The notes beneath the pieces were generated by a model, which was not told the DNA's origin, made no database searches, and saw nothing but the letters and a program-made list of their open reading frames with translations. A stretch of 64,000 bases of DNA, taken from assembly GCA_964463655.1 (NCBI GenBank), contig CAYXDG010000006.1, positions 3,405 to 67,404 of the forward strand, given 5' to 3'. Both the position numbers and the translations under genes were made by a program. Shown in pieces: positions 60,230 to 64,000 of the stretch. The stretch comes from an uncultured Dactylococcopsis sp. Lineage in GTDB: Bacteria; Cyanobacteriota; Cyanobacteriia; Cyanobacteriales; Rubidibacteraceae. Positions within the stretch are counted from its first letter, which is position 1; each line of letters begins with the position of its first letter.

Positions 60230-61285
60230 ATGTCAACAGCCGTCCCTCAACCCGAAATTAAAACCTCGATGAAGGAAACGTTACTCACCCCTCGCTTCTA
60301 CACCACAGACTTTGATGGAATGGCAGAGATGGACTTATCGAGTCACCAAGCGGAGTTAGAGGCAATGGTGGCGGAAATGAAAGCTGATTACAACCGCCAT
60401 CACTTTGTCCGCACCGAAGCATTCGAGAAATCTTGGGAGCATATCGACGGAAAGAAAAGAGAGGCGTTTCTAGAATTCTTAGAACGGTCTTGCACCTCTG
60501 AATTTTCAGGATTTTTGCTGTTTAAGGAACTTTCTCGCAAGCTGAAAGGGCGTAACCAACTGTTGGCTGATATCTTCCACTACATGGCGCGAGACGAAGC
60601 GCGACACGCGGGTTTTTTGAACAAAGCGATGAAAGATTTTAATATCACCCTTGATCTCGGCTATTTAACCAAACATCGGACTTATACGTTCTTTAAGCCA
60701 GAATGGGTGATTTATGCGGTTTACCTGTCAGAAAAAATCGGTTATTGGCGTTATATCACGATTTATCGCCACTTAGAACAGCATCCCGAATACGAGTTTT
60801 ATCCGCTATTTCAGATGTTTGAAAGCTGGTGTCAGGATGAGAACCGACATGGGGATATTTTTAAAGCATTACTTCGATCGCAGCCCAAATTATGGCAAAC
60901 TTGGCATGGTCGTCTCTGGGCCCGTTTCTTCCTGCTAACGGTGTTTGCCACTCATACTCTCACAGTTCACGAACGAGAAGATTTTTATGAGTCTTTAGGG
61001 TTAGATGCAACGGAATTTGACCGTCATATTACGCGGAAAACCAACGAAACCGCAGGACGTTCGTTTCCAGTGATGTTAAACGTGGATCATCCTAAATTTT
61101 TCAAACGTTTAGAAACCTGCGCGGAACGCAATCGCAAAATCAACGAAATTGACAACAGCAACGCCCCTAGTTGGCTAAAACGGTTACGGAAATTGCCCTT
61201 AATTACTGCAATTTTTGCAGATTTGGTGCGCTTGTATTTCATCAAGCCCATTGATGCAGTCAGCGAATGGGAAGCGGTTTATTAG
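60230..61285 (+). CDS. acsF: Mg-protoporphyrin IX monomethyl ester cyclase, AcsF (ChlAII-type)
   Basis: LLTPRFYTTDF, SCTSEFSGFLL, DEARHAGF, DENRHG. PEWVIY and TVFATHTLTV resemble the low-oxygen paralog. Confidence 0.95.
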   Translation: MSTAVPQPEIKTSMKETLLTPRFYTTDFDGMAEMDLSSHQAELEAMVAEMKADYNRHHFVRTEAFEKSWEHIDGKKREAFLEFLERSCTSEFSGFLLFKELSRKLKGRNQLLADIFHYMARDEARHAGFLNKAMKDFNITLDLGYLTKHRTYTFFKPEWVIYAVYLSEKIGYWRYITIYRHLEQHPEYEFYPLFQMFESWCQDENRHGDIFKALLRSQPKLWQTWHGRLWARFFLLTVFATHTLTVHEREDFYESLGLDATEFDRHITRKTNETAGRSFPVMLNVDHPKFFKRLETCAERNRKINEIDNSNAPSWLKRLRKLPLITAIFADLVRLYFIKPIDAVSEWEAVY

Positions 61286-61291
61286 ATTAAT

Positions 61292-61312
61292 GTAGGGTGG
61301 GCATTGCCCACC
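61292..61312. repeat. REP-like palindrome GTAGGGTGGGCATTGCCCACC
   Basis: Same family as 3728 and 29501. Confidence 0.8.
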
Positions 61313-61332
61313 TAAAAATCAATGGAAATGTA

Positions 61333-63369
61333 TCATTTCTGATGTTTGACTGAAAAAGAAATCTTTTCTGGAGGATAATTCATTCGTTCACAGAATTTAC
61401 ATAAAAATGTAATGATTCCATTAGCACTAATATTACCTTCAACATAATTATTTTTGACAAATTCTGCTGGTCTTCGTAAAGGTTTGTCAGGATCAAAATT
61501 CCAGCGAAATTCTTGACTTTGCTGAATATGTCTAAATTGGGTTGGTGAAAAGTGATAGAGATATCGACAGACATTGATTAGCAAGTCTTTCCAAGTTTTT
61601 AGCTTGACACTTTCTTCATTGTCAATGTATAGAAATAAAGGTTTACTACCACTAAAACTATCTTCACTGGTTAAATCAAAAAGCTGCTCATCTGGTTTAT
61701 TTTTTTCATATTTTGTTGTCGGATATTTCCAGATTGACATTGCATCTTGTGCTAATTGCTTAGCTCGATCTAGTATATCTTTCTCTCCCCATTTACTACC
61801 ACGATCGAGCTTAAAACTAAGTTTTAATTTACTTTCTTTATAATCAATTGCTTGTTTTTCTTCCAAAGAATTATTCGACAGTTCTCTATTTTTTGCTGTT
61901 AAACTGAGATTGCCTAAAGTATGTAAATATTTTTTGTAAATTTCTTGCCAGTTTTCTCCGAGACTTTCTTTCCATCCTTTAGTTAATTTTTGTGGCATAA
62001 TATGCTCGATCGTCAATTCATCGACATTGATTAAGTATGACGAATTATAATTTTCTAGGGATTCTAATAAGAAATTTTTGTTCTTTGATTGTGTTCGGTA
62101 AATTTCTTTATAAATTAGAGCATTTTCAAATTCTTCATCGCTGGGAAATCTTTGTGAAGCTGTTTTTTCTAGAATTTTAAATTTGAATATTTCTAAATAC
62201 TCGCTCTCCCAGCTTGACTCTTTTTTTATTTCCTTAGAAAAAGTAATAAACATTTTATTTAAGCCTTGGGTGGAATTATCAACTATCATTTTCCGAAACG
62301 CATAACTTTCAATGATGTATAAAATTTCCTCAACTTCCTTTTCAGTTAATCTTCCGTATTGCAAATCATTAAACACATCAAATAAATAAGGGTGACAGAC
62401 TGTAAATTCTATTTTATTCAATCTGATCAATTTCTGGTTAATGCTTTCATTTTTATGACTCTTAATTTGAACTAACCAGCTATAAATATCAGCAAAATAA
62501 AGTAAGTCTTTAACAATTGCTTCCTTATTATTTTCAAATTTATCACTTGCAAATTTTTTGAAAACAGTATAAACATCACCTCTTTTAACAGAGACTTTTT
62601 CCTTATAAATCAAATAATTTCTAACGAACTCTGCAAGATTTCCCACTAAATTTTCAATTTTTAGCCAGTAATTATTATACATTTTATCCTGCTCCGCAGG
62701 TGGCAAATCCATTAAAATATAATTACGGATTAAGTCTCCAGCAGTCAGATCAACGCCCGTTGAATTCAAACTCTCAAAAATTAGCTGAGGATCATCTTGC
62801 TCTGTATCTAAGTTAATTAAAACTATTTTTATTTTTTGAAAAGACTGAAATAATTGTAAAGGGGATAATTCTCTGGATTTTATTTTATTGTAGAAAAAAT
62901 GATAATTATTAACAATGTTTGACTCTGCTTCTAGGGAAGAGTAATTTTCAAAAAGGCTTTCAAAGTAACCTTGATCCTGCTTGTTAGGCTTGAGTCTGAT
63001 TCTTTTATGTTGTTCAGGAGAATATTTATTAATTAAAAAATCTAGAAGTTGTTCGGGTAAAAACTTTTCTTGATCGAGAATTTGATCTTGCTTCTTCAAA
63101 TAATTATGAAGCGCAATCAACATGATTGAAATTGTAGTTAATCTTTGCTGTCCATCAATTACTGTATATTCGTCAAAACCTCTTCCAATTGTAACCAGTG
63201 TACCAAGAAAGTGATCATTACGAGATTGGTTACTCAGATCAACAATATCACCCCAGAGCTTTTGGCAATTGATTTTCGTCCAAGCATAATCCCTTTGATA
63301 AACGGGAATAATAAAACTCTTACCTGAACCTTCTAAAAATTGATAAATTGGTAAATGTGTTACTTGCAT
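61333..63369 (-). CDS. DUF262 + DUF1524 (GmrSD-like) protein with extra C-terminal domain
   Basis: IPVYQRDYAW, DGQQRLTT, IFESLNSTG (DUF262); TIEHIMPQ and LGNLSL (DUF1524 HNH-like). Confidence 0.88.
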   Translation of the reverse strand: MQVTHLPIYQFLEGSGKSFIIPVYQRDYAWTKINCQKLWGDIVDLSNQSRNDHFLGTLVTIGRGFDEYTVIDGQQRLTTISIMLIALHNYLKKQDQILDQEKFLPEQLLDFLINKYSPEQHKRIRLKPNKQDQGYFESLFENYSSLEAESNIVNNYHFFYNKIKSRELSPLQLFQSFQKIKIVLINLDTEQDDPQLIFESLNSTGVDLTAGDLIRNYILMDLPPAEQDKMYNNYWLKIENLVGNLAEFVRNYLIYKEKVSVKRGDVYTVFKKFASDKFENNKEAIVKDLLYFADIYSWLVQIKSHKNESINQKLIRLNKIEFTVCHPYLFDVFNDLQYGRLTEKEVEEILYIIESYAFRKMIVDNSTQGLNKMFITFSKEIKKESSWESEYLEIFKFKILEKTASQRFPSDEEFENALIYKEIYRTQSKNKNFLLESLENYNSSYLINVDELTIEHIMPQKLTKGWKESLGENWQEIYKKYLHTLGNLSLTAKNRELSNNSLEEKQAIDYKESKLKLSFKLDRGSKWGEKDILDRAKQLAQDAMSIWKYPTTKYEKNKPDEQLFDLTSEDSFSGSKPLFLYIDNEESVKLKTWKDLLINVCRYLYHFSPTQFRHIQQSQEFRWNFDPDKPLRRPAEFVKNNYVEGNISANGIITFLCKFCERMNYPPEKISFSVKHQK

Positions 63370-63502
63370 GCCCTCAATTAAGATTGTTATTGCTGGACTG
63401 ATTGTTTACTGATTAGCAAACACTCTTTAATTTTAGGGTATCACGATCACACTTGTAATGCTTATTTTACCTGAAAGTCAAGCGCGATCGAGCTTGAGAT
63501 GT

Positions 63503-63524
63503 GGTGGGCAAAACCAACACTACA
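63503..63524. repeat. Degenerate REP-like copy GGTGGGCAAAACCAACACTACA
   Basis: Partial match to the GGTGGGCAAAGCCCACCCTAC family. Confidence 0.45.
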
Positions 63525-63754
63525 CTCTAAATTAAAGAATAGCGCAAGGTTCTACGGTTCGATTTTCAATCTACGCGCTTCATCCTCTTGCATCTCCATA
63601 GGCATTAGGTGCTCAAGCGGCATTGAATTTTTAATACATAATACCATTTCTAAAAGCTAAGTTACAGTTGATCCCCTCTTCGCCCCCACCCCCTTACATC
63701 CCCCTAATAGGGTTAATCGAAATGGTATAAGATAGGAATTACAAAAAAGCATCT

Positions 63755-64000
63755 TTAATAAATTTCCGAATTAAGGGCTTTAATAATTGTCATTTCAAGA
63801 CCATGATTGACTACGCTTAAAATCGGCATATTTTCGCGGTCAAAATGAATCTGATAAGCCCCTTCTGAAAAACACCGAATCAGCGTCTCTAGCATTATAG
63901 AAAAACTCAAATACATCACATCAATTCCTTCAAAAACTGAAATTACTGGATGTTCTAGCTGAGGATGCAATGGTTGTGAATCGGAAGGTAAAATATACCA
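63755..64000 (-). CDS. C-terminal part of a probable SMI1/KNR4-like protein; runs off the right edge
   Basis: Frame is open to the window edge (WYILPSDSQPLHPQLEHPVISVFE...YLSFSIMLETLIRCFSEGAY). Pattern resembles the C-terminus of cyanobacterial SMI1/KNR4 proteins. Confidence 0.45.
   Translation of the reverse strand, partial: WYILPSDSQPLHPQLEHPVISVFEGIDVMYLSFSIMLETLIRCFSEGAYQIHFDRENMPILSVVNHGLEMTIIKALNSEIY

Noticed and set aside
63550-63650. Tiny minus-strand ORF MVLCIKNSMPLEHLMPMEMQEDEARRLKIEP
   Set aside because: 31 aa with no recognisable motif or clear SD.

Overview
Cyanobacterial chromosomal window. Evidence: very frequent HIP1 octamer GCGATCGC and cyanobacteria-type genes (acsF, ho2, CRR6, hepC-like). 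Acidic proteins suggest a halophilic Halothece/Dactylococcopsis-like lineage (inference). Most of the window is housekeeping: cell wall (amiC, murI, mraY, murF, PBP1A, SpoIID), gmd/fcl, aroE, a GyrA paralog, era, glgX, pheS, ilvB, recJ, and a low-oxygen tetrapyrrole trio (hemN, ho2, acsF). I found no rRNA, tRNA, intact IS or CRISPR array. Best candidate for an undescribed system: a five-gene module at 3762-8775 (amidohydrolase, Mpo1-like dioxygenase, fatty-acid hydroxylase, JmjC oxygenase, divergent GH3 acyl-amido synthetase) that looks like a fatty-acid modification/conjugation pathway. Other notable items: a 5'-truncated Rpn-like gene that retains an internal SD-led C-terminal ORF, an orphan CheA whose Hpt lacks the phospho-His, a His-tailed atypical chelatase, tandem prohibitins, a TerD pair next to EVE, a DUF262/DUF1524 defence-like gene, and several gene remnants and small dispersed repeats. 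All family calls are from motif recognition by eye; no database searches were run.
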